Source: Rhodospirillales bacterium
Lineage (GTDB): Bacteria > Pseudomonadota > Alphaproteobacteria > Rhodospirillales > 2-02-FULL-58-16
NCBI GenBank assembly: GCA_046756945.1
Contig: JBHHXI010000001.1
Span: 3,946-67,945, forward strand
Direction of reading: 5' to 3'
DNA: 64,000 nucleotides
This document shows, in pieces, positions 41,761 through 51,216 of the stretch. Made by a program: the position numbers and the translations under genes. Position 1 is the stretch's first letter. Every line of letters starts with the position of its first letter. Below the pieces are notes generated by a model. It worked only from the letters and a program-made list of their open reading frames with translations. It made no database searches and was not told the DNA's origin.

Positions 41761-41990
41761 TTCGAGCCCACTTAGCGCCTTTTTTTTCGTGGTGGCAAGC
41801 AGTCCAAATCCATCCACGTCCGCCGCCGGAATCCCGCCGGGGTCGGCTCTTGTGGCAAGCTTTTCTTCAAGCGTCAAGGGAATATGACGCCGCGCCCGGC
41901 GGTCGGTCAATTCCCCTTTTAGCGGCATAAACCGCGGCTTGCGGCCGGGCAGCCTTTCCCAGCCCTCCGGCCCCCGAAAGGCTTCCGGTG

Positions 41991-42485
41991 CTAAGTCTTG
42001 GCAGCGGCGCCGGCGACGGCCTTGGTCAGCTCGAACAGGCGCTTGCGCACCCGTGGCTCGGTAATCCGATAATAGGCGCGGACCAGTTCCAGCGTTTCGC
42101 GCTTGGCCATGGGGTCGGGCTCCAGGCGGGCCTGGCCCCTGTCCCGCAAACCCTTCGCCATGCGGCCTTCCCTGGTCTTGAGTTCATTGGCCATGTCGTC
42201 AAAGAAAAACGAAATTGGCACGTCGAGAATCTGGGTCAGCTCGAACAGCCGGCTGGCGCCGATGCGGTTGGCGCCCCGCTCGTATTTCTGGATCTGCTGG
42301 AAGGTCAGGCCGACGGCGTCGCCGAGTCTCTCCTGACTCATCCCGAGCAGGGTCCGGCGAAGCCTGACCCGGCTACCGACATGAATATCGACAGGATTTG
42401 GAACGCCCGGGGGCAACCGCTTCCGTTTTACGCGAGGAGCGCGGCGCTGTTTTTTTCGCCCGCGGGTAGATTTTGGTTGTTTCAT
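41991..42485 (-). CDS. XRE-family helix-turn-helix transcriptional regulator
   Basis: Track ORF 41991..42605 trimmed to ATG 42485 (MKQPKSTRGRKKQRR...). HTH region LLGMSQERLGDAVGLTFQQIQKYERGANRI. Confidence 0.82.
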   Translation of the reverse strand: MKQPKSTRGRKKQRRAPRVKRKRLPPGVPNPVDIHVGSRVRLRRTLLGMSQERLGDAVGLTFQQIQKYERGANRIGASRLFELTQILDVPISFFFDDMANELKTREGRMAKGLRDRGQARLEPDPMAKRETLELVRAYYRITEPRVRKRLFELTKAVAGAAAKT

Positions 42486-42624
42486 TTTTTCTGCGTGCCT
42501 TTGTGACGACTGATTGAGAGAAACTTCGGCCGGTTTTCGCCTCTGGTTGAATGATTTTCCGGCCCGTTCTACGTCCGATGGGACGATAGGAGAATATATA
42601 AGCAAAGGTCAATATGGATGTTCA

Positions 42625-42638
42625 TGCAACTAGTTGCA
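42625..42638. promoter_or_regulatory. 14-bp perfect palindrome TGCAACTAGTTGCA (candidate operator)
   Basis: Read directly from the sequence. It lies about 140-153 nt upstream of the XRE regulator ATG, in a relatively AT-rich gap. Confidence 0.3.
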
Positions 42639-42700
42639 ATAGGGGGCACAGGGTATCGATGAGAGATTGTGAATTGCCGACCTGGTGGCCGTAAACGGAT

Positions 42701-44335
42701 TTACCGGGCCCGCCGCAGCAACACATACCCGGCCCCCGCCACCGCGAAAAGAATCAACAGGACGATCCGGTCGCCCAGGCGGCCGTACGGCGTGGCGCCC
42801 GCAAGCGCCGCCGGGAGCGCGCTGTCGATCACGCCGGCGCGGCCAAGACCGAGGCGCGCCACCGTGCGTCCGTAAGCGTCGACGACGGCCGAGATCCCGC
42901 TTCCCGCCACCCGCACCAGGGGCAGGCCTTCCTCCACCGCGCGCATGCGGGCGGCGGCGAAATGCTGGTACGGCCCCGAGGAGCGGCCGTACCACGCGTC
43001 GTTGGTGATGTTGAGCAGCCAACCGGGGCGGTCCTGCCGGTCGGCGACCCCTCCGGGAAAGATGACCTCGTAACAGATCAGGGGGCTGACCGGGGGCAGA
43101 CCCGGCAGCCTGAGCGTCCGCACCCCGGGCCCGCGCGAGAAATCGACCTGGCCCTCGGTGACCTTGGCGAAGCTCAGGAGGCCGCGGAAGGGAACGTATT
43201 CGCCGAACGGCACCAGGTGGAACTTGTCGAAGGTGCCGGCCACCCGGCCCCGGTCGTCCACGGCCTGGAGGCTGTTCCAGACCCGGTAGGGCTTTTCGCC
43301 CGGGGGCGTGCGGCGGATGGTGCCGGTGATGACAAGGCCGCCTGGCGGTGCCGCCCCTCCGATGACGCCGAGTGTGGCCGGATCGCTGCCCAGGAACAGC
43401 GGGGCCGCCGTTTCCGCCCAGATGACATGGGTCGGGGCGCCGTTACCCTGGGTTGCGCCGGCGGCCGCGGTGCTCATGCGCACCTGACGGAGCACATGCT
43501 GTTGGCGCAGTTCGGGCCGCCATTTGAGTTTCTGGTCGATGTTGGGCTGCACCAGGCGCAGCCGGACGTCGGCAACCACGGCGTCGCCGGCCCCGGCCAG
43601 GCGCACCAGCCCGCCGCCCCACACGACGCCGAGGACGATGAAGGCGGCGGCAACGGGAACGGCCTTGCGCCCGGCCCAGGTGCCCCCGTCCGTGAGCACC
43701 GCCGGCATGGCCGCCGCCACCACGCTGAGCAGGCTCAGGCCATAGACGCCGGTGACGGCGGCGAGCTGGATCATGCCGTCCGAGAAGACCCAGACGGTGC
43801 CGATCAGGTTCCACGGAAAGCCGGTGAAGGCCCAGCCCCGGACCCATTCGAACGCCGTCCACGCGGCGCCGAAGACGAGAATGCGCCCCGGGCCGTCGCC
43901 GCGCGCCGCGCGGGTGACGAGGGCGGCGCCGGCCGGGAAAAGGGCCATCAACCCCGACAGGCCGAAAACGGCGAACGGCACCATCCACCCGAAGCGCTCG
44001 GGCTTCGTCAGCAGGGCGAACGCGATCCAGTAAAGCCCGGCCGAGAAATACCCGAAGCCGAACCACCAGCCGGCGGCAAAGGCGGCGCGGGGACGCGGGG
44101 ACGCGTCGATCAACCACACCAGGCCGACGAACGCGGGCACCAACAGCACCAGAAGGTACACCGGCGGCAGGGCGGCGGCGGCCAGGGCGCCGAGCCCCGC
44201 GGCCACGGCAAAGCGCCGCCAGCCGGAGACGGCGGCGATACGCTTTTGCAGCCGCCCCAGGCCGCCAAGGGCGGGCGGCAACCGTTGAGAGACGTTTCCA
44301 GACAGCGGGGAAACCGTTCGCCCGGGCTCAGCCAT
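42701..44335 (-). CDS. lnt: apolipoprotein N-acyltransferase
   Basis: Track ORF of 544 aa with multiple N-terminal TM segments and the CN-hydrolase catalytic Cys context SPLICYEVIFP. Confidence 0.92.
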   Translation of the reverse strand: MAEPGRTVSPLSGNVSQRLPPALGGLGRLQKRIAAVSGWRRFAVAAGLGALAAAALPPVYLLVLLVPAFVGLVWLIDASPRPRAAFAAGWWFGFGYFSAGLYWIAFALLTKPERFGWMVPFAVFGLSGLMALFPAGAALVTRAARGDGPGRILVFGAAWTAFEWVRGWAFTGFPWNLIGTVWVFSDGMIQLAAVTGVYGLSLLSVVAAAMPAVLTDGGTWAGRKAVPVAAAFIVLGVVWGGGLVRLAGAGDAVVADVRLRLVQPNIDQKLKWRPELRQQHVLRQVRMSTAAAGATQGNGAPTHVIWAETAAPLFLGSDPATLGVIGGAAPPGGLVITGTIRRTPPGEKPYRVWNSLQAVDDRGRVAGTFDKFHLVPFGEYVPFRGLLSFAKVTEGQVDFSRGPGVRTLRLPGLPPVSPLICYEVIFPGGVADRQDRPGWLLNITNDAWYGRSSGPYQHFAAARMRAVEEGLPLVRVAGSGISAVVDAYGRTVARLGLGRAGVIDSALPAALAGATPYGRLGDRIVLLILFAVAGAGYVLLRRAR

Positions 44336-45261
44336 CAGTCGGTATTCGGTCCCCGGCCCCCGGGAATACCCCCGGGGGCGCGCACGCGCACGCGTTTGAT
44401 GCGGCGGGGGTCGGCGTCCAGCACCTCGAACTCGACGCCCGAGGGATGGCTGATGAGCTCGCCCCGGATCGGCACCCGGCCGGCCAAGGCGATGACGAGA
44501 CCGCCGAGTGTGTCGATGTCCTCGCGCTCCTCGCCGGTGACGATCCTGCCGACCAGATCCTCAAGGCCGTCGATGGTGGCGCGCGCGTCGGTGTCGAAGG
44601 TGCCGTCCGGGCGCCGGATCATGTCGGTTTTCTGGCCGCGGTCGTGTTCGTCCTCGATCTCGCCGACGATCTCCTCGACCAGGTCCTCGATGGTGACCAG
44701 CCCGTCGACGCCGCCGAATTCGTCGACCACGAGGGCCATGTGGATGCGCTGGACGCGCATCTCCAAAAGCAGCTCCAGGACCTGCATGGAGGGAGAGACG
44801 AACAAAACCCTGCGCCATATCTTGGACAGATCGAAGGCCTGGTCCTCGCCCCGCCAGGCGACCACGTCCTTGATGTGCACCATGCCGACCACGTCGTCCA
44901 GGTTTTCCCGGTAGACGGGGATGCGCGAGTGGTTCTCTTTGGTTATCAGGGCAATGACGTCCGCCAGACTCGACCCCGCCTCGATGGCAACGATGTCGGC
45001 GCGCGGCACCATGACGTCGTGAATCGTGCGGTCGCGCAGGTCCAGAATGTTGGCCAGCAGCCGGCGTTCGTCATCGCCGATGGGAATCTCGGCGTCCTCG
45101 CGCTCCTCGATCAGCTCGTCAAGGGTATCGCGCGCCGAGTTCTCGCCGTTGCGCCAGGGCCATAATCCGCGCAGCCAGTCGCGAAGGGTGTCCGAGAGTG
45201 AGGGATCGTCGGTGGCCCCGGCGTCGCGGGGCGGGCTACTGCCGGATTGGTCGTCCATCAC
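44335..45261 (-). CDS. CBS-pair / CorC_HlyC domain protein (CorC/TlyC family)
   Basis: Track ORF of 308 aa. The canonical gene sits between ybeY and lnt. Its stop overlaps the lnt start (TGATG). Confidence 0.88.
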   Translation of the reverse strand: MMDDQSGSSPPRDAGATDDPSLSDTLRDWLRGLWPWRNGENSARDTLDELIEEREDAEIPIGDDERRLLANILDLRDRTIHDVMVPRADIVAIEAGSSLADVIALITKENHSRIPVYRENLDDVVGMVHIKDVVAWRGEDQAFDLSKIWRRVLFVSPSMQVLELLLEMRVQRIHMALVVDEFGGVDGLVTIEDLVEEIVGEIEDEHDRGQKTDMIRRPDGTFDTDARATIDGLEDLVGRIVTGEEREDIDTLGGLVIALAGRVPIRGELISHPSGVEFEVLDADPRRIKRVRVRAPGGIPGGRGPNTD

Positions 45262-45784
45262 CTTTGGTCATCATTTCGGCGCGATCCGGATACGGGTTGG
45301 CGACGTCAAGGCGCAACAGCACCTGGATTTCCAGCCTCTCCATGGGATCCGCCTCGGTCTCGGTTTCGTGACCATATCCGAGAAGGTGCAGCATACCATG
45401 CACGACCAGGTGACTTAAATGGTCGGCGAGAGCCTTGCCTTCTTCGGCGGCCTCGGCGGCGGCGGTCTCGTAGGCCACAACCACGTCCCCCAGCGCCGCC
45501 GGCGCGCCGTCCGGACAGGCGACGCGCCGGCCGCCCCGGTCTTCCAGGTTGGCGAACGCCAGCACGTTCGTCGGCTCGTCGCGGCCCCGGTAGTCCCGGT
45601 TGAGGCCCCGCACCACGGAGTCGTCGGCCAGCACGATGCCCGCCTCGGCGCGCGCAATCGGCGGCGAAACGGCGTCGAAGGCGGCATGCGCGGCGCGGCG
45701 GACCACGGCCTCGACCCCGGCCACCGCCGTGCGCCAGGTCGGGCAGGGGACGGAGACGTCAATGTCCAGCGCCTCAGTCATCAT
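45236..45784 (-). CDS. ybeY: rRNA maturation endoribonuclease YbeY
   Basis: Track ORF of 182 aa with the metal motif HLVVHGMLHLLGYGHE. Confidence 0.93.
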   Translation of the reverse strand: MMTEALDIDVSVPCPTWRTAVAGVEAVVRRAAHAAFDAVSPPIARAEAGIVLADDSVVRGLNRDYRGRDEPTNVLAFANLEDRGGRRVACPDGAPAALGDVVVAYETAAAEAAEEGKALADHLSHLVVHGMLHLLGYGHETETEADPMERLEIQVLLRLDVANPYPDRAEMMTKGDGRPIRQ

Positions 45785-46832
45785 CGCCGGGGCCGTCCTT
45801 GTCGCCGCCGATGGCGCCGTCCTTCCTCTCGTAGCGGGCGGCGGCCTGGCTATGGCGTTCCGCCTTGTCGTAGGCGTTGACGATGTCGGTCACCAGGGAA
45901 TGGCGGACCACGTCTTCATCGGTGAAGTGGAGGAAGGCGATGCCCTCGACGCCGTCCAGAATCTCCACCGCGTCCCTGAGGCCCGAGCGCTTGCCGCGCG
46001 GCAGGTCCACCTGGCTGAGGTCGCCGGTGACCACCATGCGGGAATTTTCGCCGAGCCGGGTGAGCAGCATTTTCATCTGCACGGCGGTCGTGTTCTGGGC
46101 CTCGTCCAGGATGACGAACGCGTTGCCCAGGGTGCGCCCGCGCATGAAGGCCAAAGGCGCCACTTCGATCTCGCCGCTTTCCAGGCGCTTGGCCACCTGC
46201 GGCCCCGGAAGCATGTCGTACAACGCGTCGTACAGGGGCCTCATGTAGGGGTCCACTTTCTCGCGCATGTCTCCGGGCAGGAATCCCAGCTGTTCGCCGG
46301 CCTCGACGGCCGGGCGCGAGAGGACGATCCGGTCCACCTCGCCCGTGATCAGTCTTTCCACCGCCTTGGCCACCGCCAGGTACGTCTTGCCCGTGCCCGC
46401 GGGGCCCAGGCCGAACACCAGTTCGCAGTCGTCGATGGCGCGGATGTACGCGGCCTGGGCCGGCGAGCGCGGCGAAATGTGGCGTTTGCGGGTGCGGATG
46501 GCGAGATCGGCGTCGGCCCCATCCCCATGGCCCCGTGGCGCCATGCGCACGACGGCGTCGACCTCGGCGCCGCCGACCGCGAGGCCCCGCGCCAACCGGC
46601 CGTACAGGCCGTTGAGCGCCGTGCAGGCCGCGTCCACCGCTTCGCTGTCGCCGCTTATGGTCACCTCGTTGCCGCGGGCGTGGATGGTCACGTCCAGGGC
46701 CTTCTCGACCCGCGCAAGATGGCTGTGGTGGGCGCCGAAAAGCTGCAGCGCCAGGGTGTTGTCGTCGAACGCCAGGTGCGCCGCCTTGGCGTCGACGGCG
46801 TTCTCGGCGGTGGGTTTCAGCCGCCGGTTCAC
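45774..46832 (-). CDS. phoH: PhoH-like ATPase
   Basis: In-frame tail of track ORF 45774..47576. GTG at 46832 overlaps the miaB stop (GTGA). Walker [14 protein letters not shown]. Confidence 0.92.
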   Translation of the reverse strand: MNRRLKPTAENAVDAKAAHLAFDDNTLALQLFGAHHSHLARVEKALDVTIHARGNEVTISGDSEAVDAACTALNGLYGRLARGLAVGGAEVDAVVRMAPRGHGDGADADLAIRTRKRHISPRSPAQAAYIRAIDDCELVFGLGPAGTGKTYLAVAKAVERLITGEVDRIVLSRPAVEAGEQLGFLPGDMREKVDPYMRPLYDALYDMLPGPQVAKRLESGEIEVAPLAFMRGRTLGNAFVILDEAQNTTAVQMKMLLTRLGENSRMVVTGDLSQVDLPRGKRSGLRDAVEILDGVEGIAFLHFTDEDVVRHSLVTDIVNAYDKAERHSQAAARYERKDGAIGGDKDGPGDDD

Positions 46833-48199
46833 GCGCAGGCCCTTTCGCCACGCCTTTCGTACCCGGCGGTGGCGAGGACGCCGGAGAGGCTGTTGGCGTG
46901 ACCGGCCTCGATGCGGAGTTCGGCGATGGTGCCCAACAGGGCTTCGGGCGCGCCGACGTGAACCGGCTGCATATACGGGCTGCGGCCCACCAGCTGGCCC
47001 GCCCGCCTGCCGCGCCGATCCAGGAGCACCGGCATGGCGCGGCCGACGCAGCCCCGGTTGAACGCCAGTTGCTGAGCGTTGAGCAGGTCCTGCAGGGCGG
47101 CCAGGCGCTCGCCCTTGACGGCGTCCGCAACCTGATCGCCCAGGGCCGCCGCCGGGGTACCGGGCCGCGCGCTGTACTTGAACGAATACGCCTGGGTGAA
47201 ACCGATGTCTTCGGCCAGCTTCAATGTGGCCCGGAAGTCCGCCTCCGTCTCGCCGGGAAAGCCGACGATGAAATCCGAAGACAGCGCGATATCGGGCCGC
47301 GCGCCGCGCAGGCGGTCCACCACCCGCCGGTATCCGTCGCCCGTGTGGCGGCGGTTCATGGCGGCCAGCACGCGGTCCGAGCCCGACTGGACCGGCAGGT
47401 GCAGATACGGCATGAGCTCGGGCACGTCCCGGTGCGCCGCGATCAGTTCGTCGTCCACGTCGGCGGGATACGACGTGGTGTAGCGAACGCGGTCCACGCC
47501 CTCGATTTCGGCCACCGCCGCGATGAGGCGCCCCAGTCCCCATTCGCCCCGCCCCGGCGATTCCCCGTGGTAGCAATTGACGTTCTGGCCGAGCAGGGTG
47601 ATTTCCCGCACGCCGGCGGCGGCCAGGTGGCCCGCCTCGGCCAGAACGTCGGCCACGGGACGCGAGTACTCGGCCCCGCGTGTATACGGCACCACGCAGA
47701 ACGTGCAGAACTTGTCGCAGCCCTCCTGCACGGTGAGGAAGGCGGCGGCGCCCTGGACGCGCCCGGGATCGGGCAGATGGTCGAACTTGGAAACCGGCGG
47801 GAAATCGATATCCAGGACCGCGCCGCCGGCGCGCCCCAGGCGGGCCACCATTTCCGGCAGGCGGTGGTAGGTCTGGGGCCCGAAGACCATGTCCACGTAG
47901 GGTGCGCGGCGCAGGATCTCCTCGCCCTCGGCCTGGGCGACGCAGCCGGCGACGCCGAGGATCATGCGCCCGCCGGCCCGTTCCCTCAGCCGTTTCAGGC
48001 GGCGCAACCGGCCGAGCTCGGAATACACCTTCTCGGCGGCCTTCTCGCGGATGTGACAGGTATTCAGGATGACCATGTCCGCCCCCGCCGCATGGTCGGC
48101 CGGGACGAAGCCGAGAGGCGCCAGGACGTCCGCCATGCGGGCGGAGTCGTAGACGTTCATCTGACAGCCGAAAGTCGCGATGTGAAGTGTCTTCGCCAA
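46829..48199 (-). CDS. miaB: tRNA-2-methylthio-N6-dimethylallyladenosine synthase
   Basis: Track ORF of 456 aa: [19 protein letters not shown] and rSAM motif [11 protein letters not shown]. Confidence 0.95.
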   Translation of the reverse strand: MAKTLHIATFGCQMNVYDSARMADVLAPLGFVPADHAAGADMVILNTCHIREKAAEKVYSELGRLRRLKRLRERAGGRMILGVAGCVAQAEGEEILRRAPYVDMVFGPQTYHRLPEMVARLGRAGGAVLDIDFPPVSKFDHLPDPGRVQGAAAFLTVQEGCDKFCTFCVVPYTRGAEYSRPVADVLAEAGHLAAAGVREITLLGQNVNCYHGESPGRGEWGLGRLIAAVAEIEGVDRVRYTTSYPADVDDELIAAHRDVPELMPYLHLPVQSGSDRVLAAMNRRHTGDGYRRVVDRLRGARPDIALSSDFIVGFPGETEADFRATLKLAEDIGFTQAYSFKYSARPGTPAAALGDQVADAVKGERLAALQDLLNAQQLAFNRGCVGRAMPVLLDRRGRRAGQLVGRSPYMQPVHVGAPEALLGTIAELRIEAGHANSLSGVLATAGYERRGERACA

Positions 48200-48320
48200 G
48201 GCGGCCCGCGCTATCGTATCGGGCGGCCGGCCCGCCCAGGACGGTTGACGGTCATTCCTGCGATTCGCTCCTCGGTGTGGTGTTTACCCGTCTCAAAAGG
48301 TAGCACCCCACCCCGGGGTG

Positions 48321-48791
48321 TCAAGCTGACCCGCGGCTTCCCTTGCCACCGGAGCGACGCCGGGCGCGCTTTTTCTTCGATTCGGCGGGCACGCCATAGA
48401 GCTCCAGCCGGTGCCCGATAAGTTTGAACCCGTATCTTGCGGCAATTTTTTCCTGCAGGGCCTCGATTTCCTGGTTCTGGAATTCGATGACCTTGCCCGA
48501 TTGAATGTCGATCAGGTGATCGTGATGCTCGTCGGTGATTTCCTCGTAGCGGGAGCGGCCGTTGCCGAAATCGTGCCGTTCCAGGATGTTGGCCTCCTCG
48601 AACAGGCGCACGGTGCGGTAAACGGTGGCGATGCTGATGTGGGAATTCATCTGAGCGGCGCGGCGGTACACCTGCTCCACGTCCGGATGGTCCGTGGACG
48701 TGGAAAGGACACGTGCGATGACCCGCCGCTGCTCGGTCATCTTCATGTTCTTTTCGATGCAAAGCCGCTCGATACGCGATGGCGGAGGCAT
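48321..48791 (-). CDS. fur: ferric uptake regulator (Fur/Mur type)
   Basis: Track ORF of 156 aa: TEQRRVIARVL, SIATVYRTVRLFEEANILERHDF, HHDHLID. Confidence 0.9.
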   Translation of the reverse strand: MPPPSRIERLCIEKNMKMTEQRRVIARVLSTSTDHPDVEQVYRRAAQMNSHISIATVYRTVRLFEEANILERHDFGNGRSRYEEITDEHHDHLIDIQSGKVIEFQNQEIEALQEKIAARYGFKLIGHRLELYGVPAESKKKRARRRSGGKGSRGSA

Positions 48792-48894
48792 GGCCCCTCC
48801 CCGGGCCCCGGTGGAATGGATCGTGGGCGCCGCGACATCCGGAAGGGCGCCCCTGTCCCGCGAAGGCGGAGCACACCCGCCGGGTGCGGGCTGA

Positions 48895-49317
48895 TCAACC
48901 CGACTTGCGACGACGCTTGCGCGGTTTGGTGCCGAGACCGATCTTCTTGGCCAAGGCGCTGCGGTGCTTGGCGTAATTGGGGGCCACCATGGGGTATTCG
49001 GGCGGCAGTCCCCAGCGCTCCCGGTATTCGTCCGGTGTCATGTTGTAGGCGGTCTTAAGGTGACGCTTGAGCATTTTCAGCTTCTTGCCGTCCTCGAGAC
49101 AGACTACAAAGTCGGGAAAGACCGACTTTTTGACCGGCACGGCGGGCTTCGGGCGCTCGGGCACCGACGGCATCGTTCCCACGATCGACAAAGTTTTGTA
49201 TACGTCTTGAATCAACTGGGGCAGGTCGCCGAGCGCGATCGAGTTGTTGCCCACATGCGCGGAGACAATCTCGGTCGTCAATTCCAGCAGTTCATTTGCG
49301 TTGGGATTATCGCTCAT
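48895..49317 (-). CDS. MucR/Ros family zinc-finger transcriptional regulator
   Basis: Track ORF of 140 aa: VVCLEDGKKLKMLKRHLKTAYNMTPDEYRERWGLP. Confidence 0.9.
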   Translation of the reverse strand: MSDNPNANELLELTTEIVSAHVGNNSIALGDLPQLIQDVYKTLSIVGTMPSVPERPKPAVPVKKSVFPDFVVCLEDGKKLKMLKRHLKTAYNMTPDEYRERWGLPPEYPMVAPNYAKHRSALAKKIGLGTKPRKRRRKSG

Positions 49318-49353
49318 CTAAAACTATCCCCCCTTTTTTATGAACGCTCACTA

Positions 49354-49359
49354 TATAAT
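49354..49359 (+). promoter_or_regulatory. perfect TATAAT -10 element upstream of the tusA-like gene
   Basis: TATAAT lies 31 nt before ATG 49390. No good -35 element was seen. Confidence 0.25.
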
Positions 49360-49389
49360 TAATGCTTCCTGGCGAAGCAAGAACTTCGC

Positions 49390-49665
49390 ATGAAAAACAC
49401 ACCGAAAGACAATACCGGCGAGGATATCGACTTCTATCTCGACATAACGTCCGAGGTCTGCCCCCTTACCTTCGTCAAGACCAAGCTTCGGATCGAGCGC
49501 ATGGCCCCCGGCCAGGTGCTCCAGGTGCGCCTGAAGGGCGCCGAACCCCTGGACAACGTTCCCCGCTCGGTGCGCGAACAGGGCCATACGGTGCTCAGCC
49601 TGGAGGCCGAGGAGCCGGAGCCCGGGCCGGACACCGTGCACCGCCTGTTGATTCGCAAGGAATAG
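49390..49665 (+). CDS. TusA/SirA family sulfurtransferase-like protein
   Basis: Track ORF of 91 aa with the conserved Cys-Pro context LDITSEVCPLTFVKTK. Confidence 0.82.
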   Translation: MKNTPKDNTGEDIDFYLDITSEVCPLTFVKTKLRIERMAPGQVLQVRLKGAEPLDNVPRSVREQGHTVLSLEAEEPEPGPDTVHRLLIRKE

Positions 49666-49668
49666 GTG

Positions 49669-49736
49669 CCCCGCCCGCCGCGTGTTTACCGCCGGCCCCG
49701 CCCGCCGCGTGTTTACCGCCGGCCCCGCCCGCCGCC
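49669..49736. repeat. 27-bp direct tandem repeat, 2.5 copies (CCCCGCCCGCCGCGTGTTTACCGCCGG)
   Basis: Copies run 49669-49695, 49696-49722 and a partial third at 49723-49736. The first two are identical. The array spans the tusA-like / tsaB convergent junction and includes the tsaB stop codon. Confidence 0.9.
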
Positions 49737-50402
49737 CGTGGCCGCCTTCGCCTGGGGAGGCCTCAGGTACAGCGGCGCCGGCGGCTCCACGGGCTCGCCC
49801 GGACGCCAGCGCAGGGCGGCGAGGCCGGCCACCGTGGCCGCGTCGGGCAGGCCGGGGGCGGCGCTGAGGGTCACCGCCACGCCCGCCTCGGCCAGCGCCC
49901 CGGCGGCGCGCGCGGCGGCATCGCCGGCGACGAGGATGCGGCGCGCCGGGACCAGTCCCCCGAGCCCGCCGAACGGCACCGCTTGCGGCGGCCCCAGGGG
50001 CGCAAGGTCGGGCGCGAAGACCTGGGCGTAGACGTCGGCCCGCTTGGAATCGAGCGCCACCAGAAGGGGATCGGCGGCCCGTTCGCCCTTGGCCACGCCA
50101 TGGGCCACCGCCTCCAGGGTGGTGACGCCGAGGCACGGGACGCCGGACGCCAGCGCCATGCCCCGCGCCGCCGCCAACCCGATGCGCAGGCCGGTGAAGG
50201 CGCCCGGTCCGACGGTCACCGCCAGCAGGTCGAGGTCGGAAAATCCGCACCCGGCTTCCGCCAGGACGTCCAGGATCATGGGCATCAGGGCCTCGGACTG
50301 CCCGCGCTCCATCCGGGCGAGGCGCCGCGCGCGCACGCCGCCGTCCCACCACAGCGCCGCCGAACAGGCAGAGGTGGCGGTATCCAGAGCCAGAATCCTC
50401 AC
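49713..50402 (-). CDS. tsaB: tRNA t6A biosynthesis protein TsaB
   Basis: Track ORF 49713..50465 trimmed to GTG 50402 ((M)RILALDTATSACSAAL...VGPGAFTGLRIG). Confidence 0.9.
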   Translation of the reverse strand: MRILALDTATSACSAALWWDGGVRARRLARMERGQSEALMPMILDVLAEAGCGFSDLDLLAVTVGPGAFTGLRIGLAAARGMALASGVPCLGVTTLEAVAHGVAKGERAADPLLVALDSKRADVYAQVFAPDLAPLGPPQAVPFGGLGGLVPARRILVAGDAAARAAGALAEAGVAVTLSAAPGLPDAATVAGLAALRWRPGEPVEPPAPLYLRPPQAKAATGGGRGRR

Positions 50403-50485
50403 GGCGCCATGTCCCTTTCTAGTCCCACCGCGGTTATACTGCCTTTCCCCGGCCCCGGCGCGCATCGATTGTAAGGGAGCCGCTC

Positions 50486-51037
50486 ATGGCCCTTGTCGAG
50501 ATCACCCCGTCCAGCCACGGCGTCGAGATTGATCTCGCCTACGCCGGGGCCGACAACTTCACGGGCAGGCCGGTGTACCGGCGGGCCGCGTGCTATCTGC
50601 ACGCCGACGCCGAACGGCTGCTCGGCCGGGCCGTCGATCTGGCGGCGGCGCAAGGGTTTCGCCTGAAGATCTTCGACGCCTTCCGTCCCACGGAGGCCCA
50701 GTGGGTGCTATGGAACCACACCCCCGATCCCGAGTTCCTGGCCGATCCGCGCCGGGGATCGCCCCACTCGCGGGGCGTGGCCGTGGACCTGACCCTCATC
50801 GACGGAGACGGACGGGAGCTGGAGATGGGCACCAGGTTCGACGCCTTCACGCCGCTTTCCCATCACGGCAGCACGGCCGTGCCGCCACAGGCACAGGGCA
50901 GGCGCTGCCTTCTTCTCGGCCTGATGACGGCGGCGGGGTGGGACTTTTACGGCAATGAGTGGTGGCACTATCAGCTGTTCGACAGCCGCCGCTATCCCCT
51001 GCTCGCCGACGCGGAGCTGCCCGACGGGATGATGTGA
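50486..51037 (+). CDS. D-alanyl-D-alanine dipeptidase (VanX/DdpX, peptidase M15D)
   Basis: Track ORF of 183 aa: FRLKIFDAFRP, SPHSRGVAVDLTL, EWWHY. Confidence 0.88.
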   Translation: MALVEITPSSHGVEIDLAYAGADNFTGRPVYRRAACYLHADAERLLGRAVDLAAAQGFRLKIFDAFRPTEAQWVLWNHTPDPEFLADPRRGSPHSRGVAVDLTLIDGDGRELEMGTRFDAFTPLSHHGSTAVPPQAQGRRCLLLGLMTAAGWDFYGNEWWHYQLFDSRRYPLLADAELPDGMM

Positions 51038-51216
51038 GCGCCCGGCCAACGGGACCGCCCCCTTGGAATTGCGGCGGCGGCGGGGCCGGTGCGGCGGCGG
51101 CGGCGGATTTCACCGGGCGCGGATGACCCTTGTGCTTCGCCGCGGAAGCGGGAAGAATCCCGCCTGGTACCCTTTACCAGGCACACGCACGGGGTCCGCA
51201 ATACCATGAACGGCCC

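Noticed and set aside
41713-41928. A 71-aa track ORF inside the metK leader.
   Set aside because: It has no SD, its composition is atypical (MPLKGELTDRRARRHIPL...), and it lies in a region better explained as the metK 5' UTR.
49669-49736. The possibility that the 27-bp repeats are a minimal CRISPR array.
   Set aside because: The copies are directly contiguous with no spacers. There are only 2.5 copies, no cas genes are in the window, and the array overlaps the end of a coding region.
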